64,000 nucleotides of DNA from Escherichia coli (lineage in GTDB: Bacteria > Pseudomonadota > Gammaproteobacteria > Enterobacterales > Enterobacteriaceae), in the NCBI RefSeq assembly GCF_044647545.1, contig NZ_CP172818.1; one strand, written 5' to 3'. Shown here piece after piece: positions 22,903 through 38,147 of the stretch (its first letter is position 1; each line of letters begins with the position of its first letter). The position numbers and the translations under genes were made by a program. Under the pieces are notes generated by a model. That model was not told the DNA's origin. It did no database searches and saw only the letters and a program-made list of their open reading frames with translations.

Positions 22903-23540
22903 TGAATATTGTGGTGCTTATTTCCGGCAGCGGAAGTAATTTGCAGGCAATTATTGACGCCTGCAAAACCAACAAAATTAAAGGCACCGTACGGGCAGTT
23001 TTCAGCAATAAGGCCGACGCGTTCGGCCTTGAACGCGCCCGCCAGGCGGGTATTGCAACGCATACGCTCATCGCCAGCGCGTTTGACAGTCGTGAAGCCT
23101 ATGACCGGGAGTTGATTCATGAAATCGACATGTACGCACCCGATGTGGTCGTGCTGGCTGGTTTTATGCGCATTCTCAGCCCGGCGTTTGTCTCCCATTA
23201 TGCCGGGCGTTTGCTGAACATTCACCCTTCTCTGCTGCCGAAATATCCCGGATTACACACCCATCGTCAGGCGCTGGAAAATGGCGATGAGGAGCACGGT
23301 ACATCGGTGCATTTCGTCACCGATGAACTGGACGGTGGCCCGGTTATTTTACAGGCGAAAGTCCCGGTATTTGCTGGTGATACGGAAGATGACATCACCG
23401 CCCGCGTGCAAACCCAGGAACACGCTATTTATCCACTGGTGATTAGCTGGTTTGCCGATGGTCGTCTGAAAATGCACGAAAACGCCGCGTGGCTGGATGG
23501 TCAACGTCTGCCGCCGCAGGGCTACGCTGCCGACGAGTAA
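22902..23540 (+). CDS. purN: Phosphoribosylglycinamide formyltransferase 1
   Basis: 212 aa; overlaps purM stop by 1 nt. Confidence 0.93.
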
Positions 23541-23711
23541 TGCCCCCGTAGTTAAAGCGCCAGCTCTGCCGCTGGCGTTTTTCAATTCACCTGTAAATCG
23601 CAAGCTCCAGCAGTTTTTTTCCCCCTTTTCTGGCATAGTTGGACATCTGCCAATATTGCTCGCCATAATATCCAGGCAGTGTCCCGTGAATAAAACGGAG
23701 TAAAAGTGGTA

Positions 23712-27324
<3,613 letters not shown>

Positions 27325-27330
27325 TGCTTT

Positions 27331-27360
27331 GCGGGCCGACGAGAAATGTCGGCCCGCATT
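27331..27360. terminator. Bidirectional hairpin terminator between ppx and pdeF
   Basis: gcgggccgac-gagaaat-gtcggcccgc followed by attatt; convergent genes. Confidence 0.6.
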
Positions 27361-27362
27361 AT

Positions 27363-29606
27363 TCAGGCACTTTCGCGAATGGGTTCGATTTCATTCAGCG
27401 TATCAATTAACGGTTGCGGCTTACCAATAAGATAACCCTGCATATAATCGATCCCCAAAGAGAACACCGCCTCGCGGATCTCTTCGTTTTCAACGTACTC
27501 TGCCACTACCCGCATTTTCTTCATTCGCGCCAGGTGGCAAATCGACGCCACTATCTGATAATCCAGACTATTTGACACAATATTGCGGATAAAACTGCCG
27601 TCAATTTTAAGCAAATCGGCATTCACATTTTTAAGCCGCGCATAGCTGGCATAGCCGGTGCCGAAATCATCAATCGCAATCTGGCAGCCTAATTCCTGAA
27701 GATGCTGCAAGGTGATTTGCGCCTGCTTAACATTTGTCAGAGCATTACTTTCGGTGACTTCAAAAATAAGTTGCCACGCTTCAATTTGATATTTAGCCAG
27801 CAGCTGACTGACTTCAACGGGAAAACGAGCCTGACATACCGAGGTTGGCGACAGATTAATCGCAAAACGGTGAGCGGGCATCTTCGCTCTGTTTTCAGCC
27901 ATAAATTGCAGCGTATGCTCAATGACCCACATGTCGATACTCGACGATAAACCAAATTCGTGCGCGACCGGCAAGAAGCTGTCGGGGCTGATCAGTTCAT
28001 CATTCTCACCTTTCATGCGCAGAAGAATTTCATGGTAAACATCACCACGCATACCGGTAATCGGCTGGGCCATCAGGAAAAAATGGTTGTGTTCCAGCGC
28101 CTGCTGTAGCCGATTCATCATCGCGACTTTATCTTTCAATTCGCGTTGCAAATACATTGCCCCGCGACGCTGCATATTTTCCGGGGCGTTGGTCACGATG
28201 GAAAGCTCGGCGACCGTATTTAGCTCTCCCAGCAGCAGGTAGATATGATTCACTGGCGAGCGCACATAGCAGTAACTGACGCCAATCTGCGGTTGCATCG
28301 GCATTCCATCCCAAAAGAAACGAAATTGCTTGAGATGGCTATCCAGTGCGGTAATGCGCTCCTGGTGCGATTCTGTATTCAGTCGCAGCGCGAGATCGTT
28401 ACCCGAAAGCTGATAAACATCTTCACCCGGTTCCAGCAAGGGTGACAGCCAGTGAGAAAGTTTTTGCTTGTATTGAATCCGTAGCATGATGCCATAGTTC
28501 TTAACCAGCATTTCCATGCCAGGGATGCGTAAATAACAAAGCGCAGACCAGGGGGCATCACGCAACGCGCGATTCAGGGCGCGAACATTTGGCAGATGAA
28601 CCACCGGGTCCACATACGCAAGCCGCTGAATGCGTCTGACTACCGCTCTCTGACGGGTTGCCAGTACAGCCATATAATTGACAATAAAAGAGAATACCAG
28701 ATAACTGGAGGAGGTTATGGTCAGCTGCGTGGTATAGCCAGGATAAATGGGAATGTAATTTTGATAGCTGTGGATGCTGATCATCAACACGACCGCCCAG
28801 AGCAGCGAAATCAGCTTATAACCATAGCGCATCGCTCCCCACATCATCAGGGGCAGCAATAATGACAAGGTATAGTTGGTGCTAAAAATTGTGCTTTTTT
28901 CATTTAACGGCATGCATAACAGCAGCAGTAAAGCACCTAATGCCAGTAGCCAGAGTGCGAACTCTTTTTTGGTGACTTTGACATCAACCTGCTGTTTTAA
29001 TTGCGAATAATAACTACGTAAATAAAACGGATTTCGCACTACACGAATGATGAAGTAGCACAGCGGGACACCAATCAGATTGCCCACCAGTAAGGCCTGA
29101 TAATTGATTAAGGTCCCGAGGTTAAAAGGCATGACGCCGACCAGATTTTCTCTGCTCGCCAGTAATCCTACAAACGCAGCAAACTGGAAAAGTATCAGAA
29201 ACAGCGTTGCAGGAAACACAATCTGCCAGAATATACGCTGGGAAATTAAACGGGTATCACCATGTGAAACGTTGTTACGCCGGGGAGTAAAGACCCTGTA
29301 ACCGCCCCAACAGAGAATGATAATGATAATAAAATTAGCCGTTAATGAGAGCGTTTCGTAAAAACCCAGCTCTGCATATTTGCGGACAAAAATCCCTAAG
29401 GCGATCCCTGGCAATGCCGCCCAGCTGAAAAACATCATCATGCTGATCATCAGAGCCAGAGGCAGATAAAAGAGAAAAACCTCACCGGAAGAAATATGCG
29501 CGAAAGTATTAATGTGGGCGAAAATGGGCAAGATTAAAGAAGGCAGGAACAGCGGAAGCCCCCACCATTTATCACGTATTTTTATATAAGTTGCATTCAG
29601 TTTCAT
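27363..29606 (-). CDS. pdeF: Membrane-anchored c-di-GMP phosphodiesterase (MASE1 - degenerate GGDEF - EAL)
   Basis: 747 aa; N-terminal polytopic domain; EAL-type region with EIL variant (YHEILLRM) and downstream catalytic residues; yfgF. Confidence 0.88.
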   Translation of the reverse strand: MKLNATYIKIRDKWWGLPLFLPSLILPIFAHINTFAHISSGEVFLFYLPLALMISMMMFFSWAALPGIALGIFVRKYAELGFYETLSLTANFIIIIILCWGGYRVFTPRRNNVSHGDTRLISQRIFWQIVFPATLFLILFQFAAFVGLLASRENLVGVMPFNLGTLINYQALLVGNLIGVPLCYFIIRVVRNPFYLRSYYSQLKQQVDVKVTKKEFALWLLALGALLLLLCMPLNEKSTIFSTNYTLSLLLPLMMWGAMRYGYKLISLLWAVVLMISIHSYQNYIPIYPGYTTQLTITSSSYLVFSFIVNYMAVLATRQRAVVRRIQRLAYVDPVVHLPNVRALNRALRDAPWSALCYLRIPGMEMLVKNYGIMLRIQYKQKLSHWLSPLLEPGEDVYQLSGNDLALRLNTESHQERITALDSHLKQFRFFWDGMPMQPQIGVSYCYVRSPVNHIYLLLGELNTVAELSIVTNAPENMQRRGAMYLQRELKDKVAMMNRLQQALEHNHFFLMAQPITGMRGDVYHEILLRMKGENDELISPDSFLPVAHEFGLSSSIDMWVIEHTLQFMAENRAKMPAHRFAINLSPTSVCQARFPVEVSQLLAKYQIEAWQLIFEVTESNALTNVKQAQITLQHLQELGCQIAIDDFGTGYASYARLKNVNADLLKIDGSFIRNIVSNSLDYQIVASICHLARMKKMRVVAEYVENEEIREAVFSLGIDYMQGYLIGKPQPLIDTLNEIEPIRESA

Positions 29607-29957
29607 AGATGCTCAGCAGAATCCCCCACATCCTGAAGGAGGTGTATTCAGACAGGCATCCCACCTGACTTCGAATGATGATTATTCATCACTATAGAGA
29701 GCATTGATTCTAAGTGTCATATGAAAGTTCCAATTGATATATATCAAACAAAATAACCCTGATTAATGAATTATTACGTTTATCATGTTAATTCATCATT
29801 ATTACATCATCATTGTAAATAATTAAATTAACTTCCATAACATTAAAATATGTATCCACTGACGCTTTTTTACATAACGAAGAATTGACCATTTTGTCCT
29901 GTTGTGCCTTAATGTAAGTACCGTCCACAGCGTGGGACATACTTCAAGGAACCTTTT

Positions 29958-30149
29958 GTGAGTCAGGCAACCAGTATGCGAAAACGACACCGATTTAACA
30001 GTCGCATGACCCGTATCGTACTGCTCATCAGCTTTATCTTCTTCTTTGGCCGTTTTATCTACTCGTCCGTCGGTGCATGGCAGCACCATCAGAGCAAAAA
30101 AGAAGCTCAGCAATCCACACTCTCCGTCGAATCACCGGTACAACGTTAG
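29958..30149 (+). CDS. yfgG: Small membrane protein YfgG
   Basis: 63-aa ORF with one hydrophobic helix (IVLLISFIFFFGRFIY), flanked by AT-rich DNA. Confidence 0.7.
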   Translation: MSQATSMRKRHRFNSRMTRIVLLISFIFFFGRFIYSSVGAWQHHQSKKEAQQSTLSVESPVQR

Positions 30150-30459
30150 CGGTTACCTTCTCCACTTTCACAGGACATAACGGCACCTCGCTGTCGGATG
30201 CTTTTGCTCTTTGGGATTATCAAAGCGGCAGATATTCTTTCATCTTAAATTTTACGTCTTTGTCCTGACTGATGTTTATCCTGTTTGGCTGCGAAATAAA
30301 TATAAAATTAATACATATGTTTTAATGATGTATTTTTATAAATTATTTTCCACATGAATTTTAATAAATTTAATCTATTCCTTTATACGCAATACATTTA
30401 CTTTCCTCTTTTGATGATCTTAAATGTCTTATTTTTCGTAATGTGTATAACAAGGAATA

Positions 30460-30978
30460 GTGATGAAATTTAAAAAATGTCTTCTGCCTGTGGCAATGTT
30501 AGCGTCATTCACTCTGGCAGGATGCCAGTCAAATGCTGATGATCATGCCGCCGATGTTTATCAAACCGATCAACTGAATACCAAACAAGAAACTAAAACC
30601 GTTAATATTATTTCCATTCTTCCCGCAAAAGTTGCCGTAGACAACTCCCAAAATAAACGAAACGCACAAGCCTTCGGCGCGCTTATTGGTGCAGTCGCTG
30701 GCGGTGTAATCGGCCACAACGTGGGGTCTGGCAGCAATTCCGGAACGACGGCAGGTGCAGTTGGCGGCGGAGCTGTTGGCGCGGCAGCGGGTTCTATGGT
30801 GAATGATAAAACCTTAGTGGAAGGTGTTTCTCTAACGTATAAGGAAGGCACCAAAGTGTATACCTCCACCCAGGTGGGTAAAGAGTGCCAGTTTACGACA
30901 GGTTTAGCCGTTGTTATTACCACGACGTATAACGAAACGCGTATTCAGCCAAATACCAAATGTCCTGAAAAGAGCTAA
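30460..30978 (+). CDS. yfgH: Outer-membrane lipoprotein with glycine-zipper motif
   Basis: 172 aa; lipobox LAGCQ; Gly/Ala-rich GALIGAVAGGVIGHNVGSG... segment. Confidence 0.85.
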   Translation: MMKFKKCLLPVAMLASFTLAGCQSNADDHAADVYQTDQLNTKQETKTVNIISILPAKVAVDNSQNKRNAQAFGALIGAVAGGVIGHNVGSGSNSGTTAGAVGGGAVGAAAGSMVNDKTLVEGVSLTYKEGTKVYTSTQVGKECQFTTGLAVVITTTYNETRIQPNTKCPEKS

Positions 30979-30993
30979 TAATCAGGAGGAGTC

Positions 30994-31533
30994 ATGAAGA
31001 AAGTTTTTCTTTGCGCCATCTTAGCCTCCTTTAGCTATCCGGCTATCGCCTCATCATTGCAGGATCAACTCTCGGCTGTCGCAGAAGCGGAACAGCAAGG
31101 TAAAAATGAAGAGCAAAGGCAGCATGACGAATGGGTCGCGGAGCGCAACAGGGAAATCCAGCAAGAGAAGCAACGTCGCGCAAACGCCCAGGCCGCGGCT
31201 AATAAAAGAGCGGCAACGGCAGCGGCAAATAAGAAAGCTCGTCAGGATAAACTGGACGCCGAAGCCACTGCGGACAAAAAACGCGATCAAAGTTATGAAG
31301 ATGAGCTACGCAGCTTAGAGATTCAGAAACAAAAACTGGCACTGGCGAAAGAAGAAGCCCGCGTTAAGCGCGAAAACGAATTTATCGATCAGGAACTGAA
31401 GCACAAAGCTGCGCAAACCGATGTGGTGCAATCTGAAGCTGACGCAAACAGAAATATGACTGAAGGCGGTCGCGATCTGATGAAAAGCGTGGGCAAAGCA
31501 GAAGAGAACAAATCGGACAGCTGGTTTAATTAA
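30994..31533 (+). CDS. yfgI: Secreted/periplasmic coiled-coil, charged protein YfgI
   Basis: 179 aa; signal peptide; highly charged K/E/Q/A-rich. Confidence 0.8.
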   Translation: MKKVFLCAILASFSYPAIASSLQDQLSAVAEAEQQGKNEEQRQHDEWVAERNREIQQEKQRRANAQAAANKRAATAAANKKARQDKLDAEATADKKRDQSYEDELRSLEIQKQKLALAKEEARVKRENEFIDQELKHKAAQTDVVQSEADANRNMTEGGRDLMKSVGKAEENKSDSWFN

Positions 31534-31570
31534 TCGATGTAAGTAACTTCAAGCCTATAATTCTTGAAGA

Positions 31571-31603
31571 TAAAAAACCCTCTGTAGTAACAGAGGGTTT
31601 TGT
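31571..31603. terminator. Bidirectional terminator between yfgI and guaA
   Basis: aaaaaaccctctg-tagtaa-cagagggtttt hairpin with flanking A- and T-runs. Confidence 0.7.
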
Positions 31604-31627
31604 TCATTCATAGTGCAGGGATCAAAA

Positions 31628-33205
31628 TCATTCCCACTCAATGGTAGCTGGCGGCTTGCCGCTGATGTCATACACCACGCGGGAAATACCGTTCACTTCA
31701 TTGATAATGCGGTTGGAAACGCGACCGAGGAAATCGTACGGCAGATGCGCCCAGTGTGCGGTCATAAAGTCGATGGTTTCGACAGCACGCAGAGAGACAA
31801 CCCAGTCATACTTACGACCATCGCCCATTACGCCAACGGAACGTACCGGCAGGAAGACGGTGAACGCCTGGCTGACTTTGTCGTACAGGTCCGCTTTACG
31901 CAGTTCTTCAATGAAGATGGCGTCAGCACGGCGCAGCAGGTCACAATACTCTTTCTTCACTTCACCCAGAACACGAACGCCAAGGCCTGGTCCCGGGAAC
32001 GGGTGACGGTACAGCATGTCGTACGGCAGGCCCAGCTCCAGACCAATCTTACGCACTTCGTCTTTGAACAGCTCTTTCAGCGGTTCAACCAGGCCCATCT
32101 TCATCTCTTTCGGCAGGCCGCCCACGTTGTGGTGAGATTTGATGACATGTGCTTTACCGGTTGCAGAAGCAGCAGATTCGATAACGTCAGGGTAGATAGT
32201 GCCCTGCGCCAGCCACTTCACGTCTTCCAGTTTCAGTGCTTCTTCATCGAATACTTCAACGAAAACGCGACCGATGATTTTACGTTTTGCTTCCGGATCG
32301 TTTTCGCCAGCCAGCGCTGACAGGAAGCGATCTTCTGCCGGTACGTGAACAATGTTCAGACCAAAGTGATCGCCAAACATATCCAGAACCTGCTCTGCTT
32401 CGTTGAGACGCAGCAGGCCGTTGTCGACGAATACGCAAGTCAGGTTTTTACCGATAGCGCGGTGCAGCAGCATTGCGGTTACGGAGGAATCCACACCACC
32501 AGAGAGGCCGAGGATGACTTTATCGTCGCCTACCTGCTCGCGGATGCGAGCTACAGCATCGTCGATAATTTTCGCTGGCGTCCACAGGGCTTCACACTGG
32601 CAGATATCACGCACAAAACGCTCCAGCATGCGCATACCCTGGCGAGTGTGAGTCACTTCCGGGTGGAACTGTACGCCATAGAAGCGTTTTTCTTCGTTAG
32701 CCATGATGGCGAACGGGCAGCTTTCGGTGCTGGCTACGGTGATGAAGTCGGACGGGATAGCGGTAACTTTATCGCCGTGGCTCATCCAGACATCGAGCAG
32801 AGGTTTACCGTCTGCTGTCAGAGCATCTTCGATACCGCGAACCAGTGCGCTGTCGTTTACGACTTCAACCTGCGCATAGCCAAATTCACGTTCGTTAGAG
32901 GCTTCAACATGACCACCCAACTGCATTGCCATGGTCTGCATACCATAGCAAACGCCGAATACCGGTACGCCTGCTTCAAAGACATACTGCGGCGCACGCG
33001 GGCTGTTTTCTTCGGTGGTGCTTTCCGGGCCGCCGGAAAGAATAATGCCGCTTGGATTGAAGTCACGAATTTGTGCTTCTGTCACATCCCACGCCCACAG
33101 TTCGCAGTAAACACCCAGTTCACGCACGCGGCGCGCAACCAGTTGGGTGTACTGAGAACCGAAGTCCAGAATGAGGATGCGATGCTTATGAATGTTTTCC
33201 GTCAT
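31628..33205 (-). CDS. guaA: GMP synthase (glutamine-hydrolysing)
   Basis: 525 aa; GATase N-terminus, PP-loop SGGVDSSV. Confidence 0.95.
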
Positions 33206-33273
33206 TGACGCTTATTCCGAGGCAAGTGAAACAGATAATATAAATCGCCCGACATGAAGTCGGGCGAAGAGAA

Positions 33274-34740
33274 TCAGGAGCCCAGACGGTAGTTCGGGGA
33301 CTCTTTAGTAATGGTCACGTCGTGAACGTGGCTTTCCTGAATGCCCGCACCGCTGATACGTACAAACTCCGCTTTAGTACGCAGTTCGTCGATAGTACCA
33401 CAGCCGGTCAGGCCCATACAGGAGCGCAGGCCGCCCATCTGCTGGTGAATGATCTCTTTCAGGCGACCTTTATAGGCCACGCGACCTTCGATACCTTCCG
33501 GCACCAGTTTGTCGGCAGCGTTGTCGCTCTGGAAGTAACGGTCAGAAGAACCTTTGGACATCGCGCCCAGAGAGCCCATCCCACGGTAAGACTTGTAAGA
33601 ACGGCCCTGGTAGAGCTCGATTTCACCTGGGGATTCTTCAGTACCCGCCAGCATGGAACCTACCATCACCGCGCTTGCACCAGCAGCGATAGCTTTGGCG
33701 ATATCGCCAGAGAAACGAATACCACCGTCAGCGATAACCGGAATCCCGGTGCCTTCCAGGGCTTCTACTGCGTCAGCAACGGCGGTGATCTGCGGAACAC
33801 CTACGCCAGTCACGATACGCGTCGTACAGATAGAGCCAGGGCCGATACCGACTTTAACCGCGCTGCAACCAGCTTCTGCCAGAGCGCGTGCCCCCGCAGC
33901 TGTTGCCACGTTGCCGCCGATGATTTGCAGATCCGGATATTTAGCACGAGTTTCACGGATACGCTGCAGAACGCCTTCAGAGTGACCGTGAGAGGAGTCG
34001 ATCAGCAGAACGTCAACGCCTGCGGCAACCAGCGCGTCGACACGCTCTTCGTTACCAGCGCCAGCGCCAACCGCTGCACCAACACGCAGACGGCCTTGCT
34101 CGTCTTTACAGGCGTTCGGTTTACGTTCCGCTTTCTGGAAGTCTTTCACAGTGATCATGCCGATCAGGTGGAATTCGTCATCAACCACCAGCGCCTTTTC
34201 AACGCGTTTTTCGTGCATTTTTGCCAGCACCACTTCACGGGCTTCGCCTTCACGCACGGTTACCAGACGCTCTTTCGGCGTCATGTAAACGCTAACCGGT
34301 TGATTCAGATCGGTCACAAAACGCACGTCACGACCGGTGATGATGCCGACCAGTTCGTTTTCTTCGGTAACCACCGGGTAACCCGCAAAGCCGTTACGTT
34401 CAGTCAGTTCTTTCACTTCACGCAGGGTGGTTGTCGGCAGCACGGTCTGCGGATCAGTTACCACGCCAGATTCGTGTTTTTTCACACGGCGAACTTCTTC
34501 TGCCTGGCGTTCAATGGACATGTTTTTGTGGATAAAGCCGATACCGCCTTCCTGAGCCAGAGCAATAGCCAGGCGCGCTTCCGTTACGGTATCCATTGCT
34601 GCGGAAAGCATAGGGATATTCAGACGAATAGTTTTCGTCAGCTGGGTGCTGAGGTCAGCAGTATTCGGCAGAACGGTAGAATGAGCAGGAACGAGGAGAA
34701 CGTCGTCAAACGTCAGAGCTTCTTTAGCGATACGTAGCAT
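33274..34740 (-). CDS. guaB: IMP dehydrogenase
   Basis: 488 aa from ATG at 34740 ([19 protein letters not shown]...); catalytic loop [11 protein letters not shown]; CBS domains. Confidence 0.95.
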
Positions 34741-34871
34741 GGGCAATATCTCGACCAGAGTGGTTAATAAATATTGCCGCGGCATTATACAGAGCGTAAC
34801 CGATTGCATCTACCCCTTTTTGCAAAAAATGCTTGCTATCCCCGGAGGGCGGGTTACTATCGACTGAATAA

Positions 34872-36245
<1,374 letters not shown>

Positions 36246-36267
36246 AAAAATCGCGTAAAAAGGTGCA

Positions 36268-36488
36268 TTAAGCCAGCACGAATTCAACGCGTTTTTTCGA
36301 TATTAAACCATGCCCATGCTGACAGAAGTAATCCACTGCACCACAAGCTTTTAACACCTGCAACGCCTGATGACACTCAGGACAAAGTGCCTTGATTTCG
36401 GTAAATTTTCTCCCGCAAGATCGACAACGAGCATCTCGCCGTTATCCTGATCAAGCATCATGCTAGATTGTGGACAATGCAGTTCCAT
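36268..36488 (-). pseudogene. yfgJ: yfgJ-like small zinc-ribbon protein gene with interrupted reading frame
   Basis: Minus strand: GGAG RBS then ATG (36488) MELHCPQ...; C-terminal 58 codons (...ARCRSCG...LCPECHQ...YFCQHGHGLISKKRVEFVLA*) lie in another frame; span 221 nt is not a multiple of 3. Confidence 0.45.
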
Positions 36489-36557
36489 ATGAAACGCTCC
36501 ACATTCGCAGCCATTCCCTCTCCGTTCAGAAAGGGAAAGCAGATAAAAACACGATAA

Positions 36558-38030
36558 TTACTTACTTTTCTTGATGTGCTTCATCAGACGCTTACGCTTG
36601 CGCATCTGAGTCGGCGTCAGGGTATTACGCTTGTTCGCATACGGGTTTTCCCCTTCTTTGAACTGAATACGAATCGGCGATCCCATTACGTCCAGCGATT
36701 TGCGGAAGTAGTTCATCAGGTAACGCTTGTAGGAATCAGGCAGGTCTTTCACCTGATTACCGTGAATCACCACAATCGGCGGGTTATAACCCCCGGCGTG
36801 GGCATATTTCAGCTTCACTCGACGACCGCGTACCAGCGGCGGTTGGTGATCTTCAACCGCCATCGTCATGATGCGCGTCAGCATAGAGGTCCCCACACGA
36901 CGGGTGGAGCTGTCATACGCTTCACGTACTGATTCAAACAAGTTACCAACACCACTGCCGTGCAAGGCAGAGATAAAGTGCACACGAGCAAAATCGATAA
37001 AGCCCAGACGGAAGTCCAGCGTCTCTTTCACCTGCTCTTTCACTTCCTGGCTCAGGCCGTCCCACTTGTTCACTACAATCACAAGTGAGCGCCCACTATT
37101 GAGAATAAAGCCCAGCAAGGAGAGATCCTGATCGGAAATACCTTCACGCGCATCAATCACCAACATCACCACGTTGGCATCTTCAATGGCCTGCAACGTT
37201 TTGATTACCGAGAACTTCTCTACCGCATCGGTGATTTTGCCGCGTTTACGTACGCCAGCGGTGTCAATGAGCACATACTCACGTCCGTCGCGTTCCATTG
37301 GAATGTAGATACTGTCACGCGTCGTGCCAGGCATGTCGTAAACAACAACGCGTTCTTCACCGAGAATACGGTTAGTGAGCGTAGACTTACCGACGTTCGG
37401 ACGACCCACAATCGCCAGTTTGATCGGCAGACTTTGCGGGTCGAAGTCGTCTTCCTCTTCTTCTTCGCCGTTCTCTTCCGCTTCAAATTGCGCCCAGTAT
37501 TCGGCGTCTTCGTCGACTTCTTCTTGCGGTGCGAGATCTTCCATCCACGGCAGCAGCACGTGCTCCAGCAGACTTAATACGCCACGACCGTGAGACGCGG
37601 CGATCGGGTAGATTTCACCTAAACCAAGCGAGTAGAAATCAACCACTGCCTGATCGGGATCCAGACCGTCAGTTTTGTTTGCCACCAGGAAGGTCGGTTT
37701 TTCACGGGAGCGCAGATGTTTAGCAATCGCTTCATCCGCCGGCATCAGGCCCGCGCGCGCATCCACCATAAACAGTACGACGTCCGCTTCTTCAATCGCC
37801 AGCAGCGACTGTTCCGCCATGCGGGTTTCTACACCGTCTTCTGTGCCATCAATCCCGCCGGTATCAATGCAGATAAACTCACGGCCTTCAATTTCCGCAC
37901 GACCGTACTTACGGTCACGAGTCAGACCCGGGAAATCCGCAACCAGCGCATCTCGGGTGCGAGTTAGACGGTTAAATAACGTGGATTTTCCTACGTTAGG
38001 GCGCCCGACAAGCGCGACCACAGGTACCAT
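36558..38030 (-). CDS. der: Ribosome-associated GTPase Der/EngA (tandem GTPase domains + KH-like)
   Basis: 490 aa from ATG at 38030 ([16 protein letters not shown]...); second G-domain [10 protein letters not shown]. Confidence 0.94.
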   Translation of the reverse strand: MVPVVALVGRPNVGKSTLFNRLTRTRDALVADFPGLTRDRKYGRAEIEGREFICIDTGGIDGTEDGVETRMAEQSLLAIEEADVVLFMVDARAGLMPADEAIAKHLRSREKPTFLVANKTDGLDPDQAVVDFYSLGLGEIYPIAASHGRGVLSLLEHVLLPWMEDLAPQEEVDEDAEYWAQFEAEENGEEEEEDDFDPQSLPIKLAIVGRPNVGKSTLTNRILGEERVVVYDMPGTTRDSIYIPMERDGREYVLIDTAGVRKRGKITDAVEKFSVIKTLQAIEDANVVMLVIDAREGISDQDLSLLGFILNSGRSLVIVVNKWDGLSQEVKEQVKETLDFRLGFIDFARVHFISALHGSGVGNLFESVREAYDSSTRRVGTSMLTRIMTMAVEDHQPPLVRGRRVKLKYAHAGGYNPPIVVIHGNQVKDLPDSYKRYLMNYFRKSLDVMGSPIRIQFKEGENPYANKRNTLTPTQMRKRKRLMKHIKKSK

Positions 38031-38089
38031 GTTTAAAGCCTCATTTTTATAAATCATCAGACAACGCACGCTATATTCGTGTCGTTGTT

Positions 38090-38125
38090 AAAAACAGGAA
38101 AACGGCCCCTGTCCAGGAGCCGTTT
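38090..38125 (-). terminator. Hairpin plus T-run downstream of bamB
   Basis: Minus strand: aaaacggctcctggacaggggccgtttt followed by cctgttttt. Confidence 0.5.
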
Positions 38126-38147
38126 TCAAAGTGAACGACAGAGACGA

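Noticed and set aside
30077-30268. 63-aa ORF overlapping the yfgG 3' end
   Set aside because: Alternative frame of the yfgG region running into AT-rich spacer; no RBS.
33322-34737. 471-aa plus-strand ORF entirely inside guaB (and similar long antisense ORFs 32345..33208 in guaA, 9852..10619 in hyfG, 55798..56481 in pepB, 62767..63534 in trmJ, 50337..50894 in yfhM)
   Set aside because: Shadow ORFs on the strand opposite to strongly supported, motif-containing genes. Their products are low-complexity and Arg/His-rich with no recognisable motifs or RBS.
36300-36556. Possible additional gene or mobile insertion between xseA and der
   Set aside because: The space is fully accounted for by the yfgJ-like ORF and the der terminator/promoter region; no repeats or insertion signatures.
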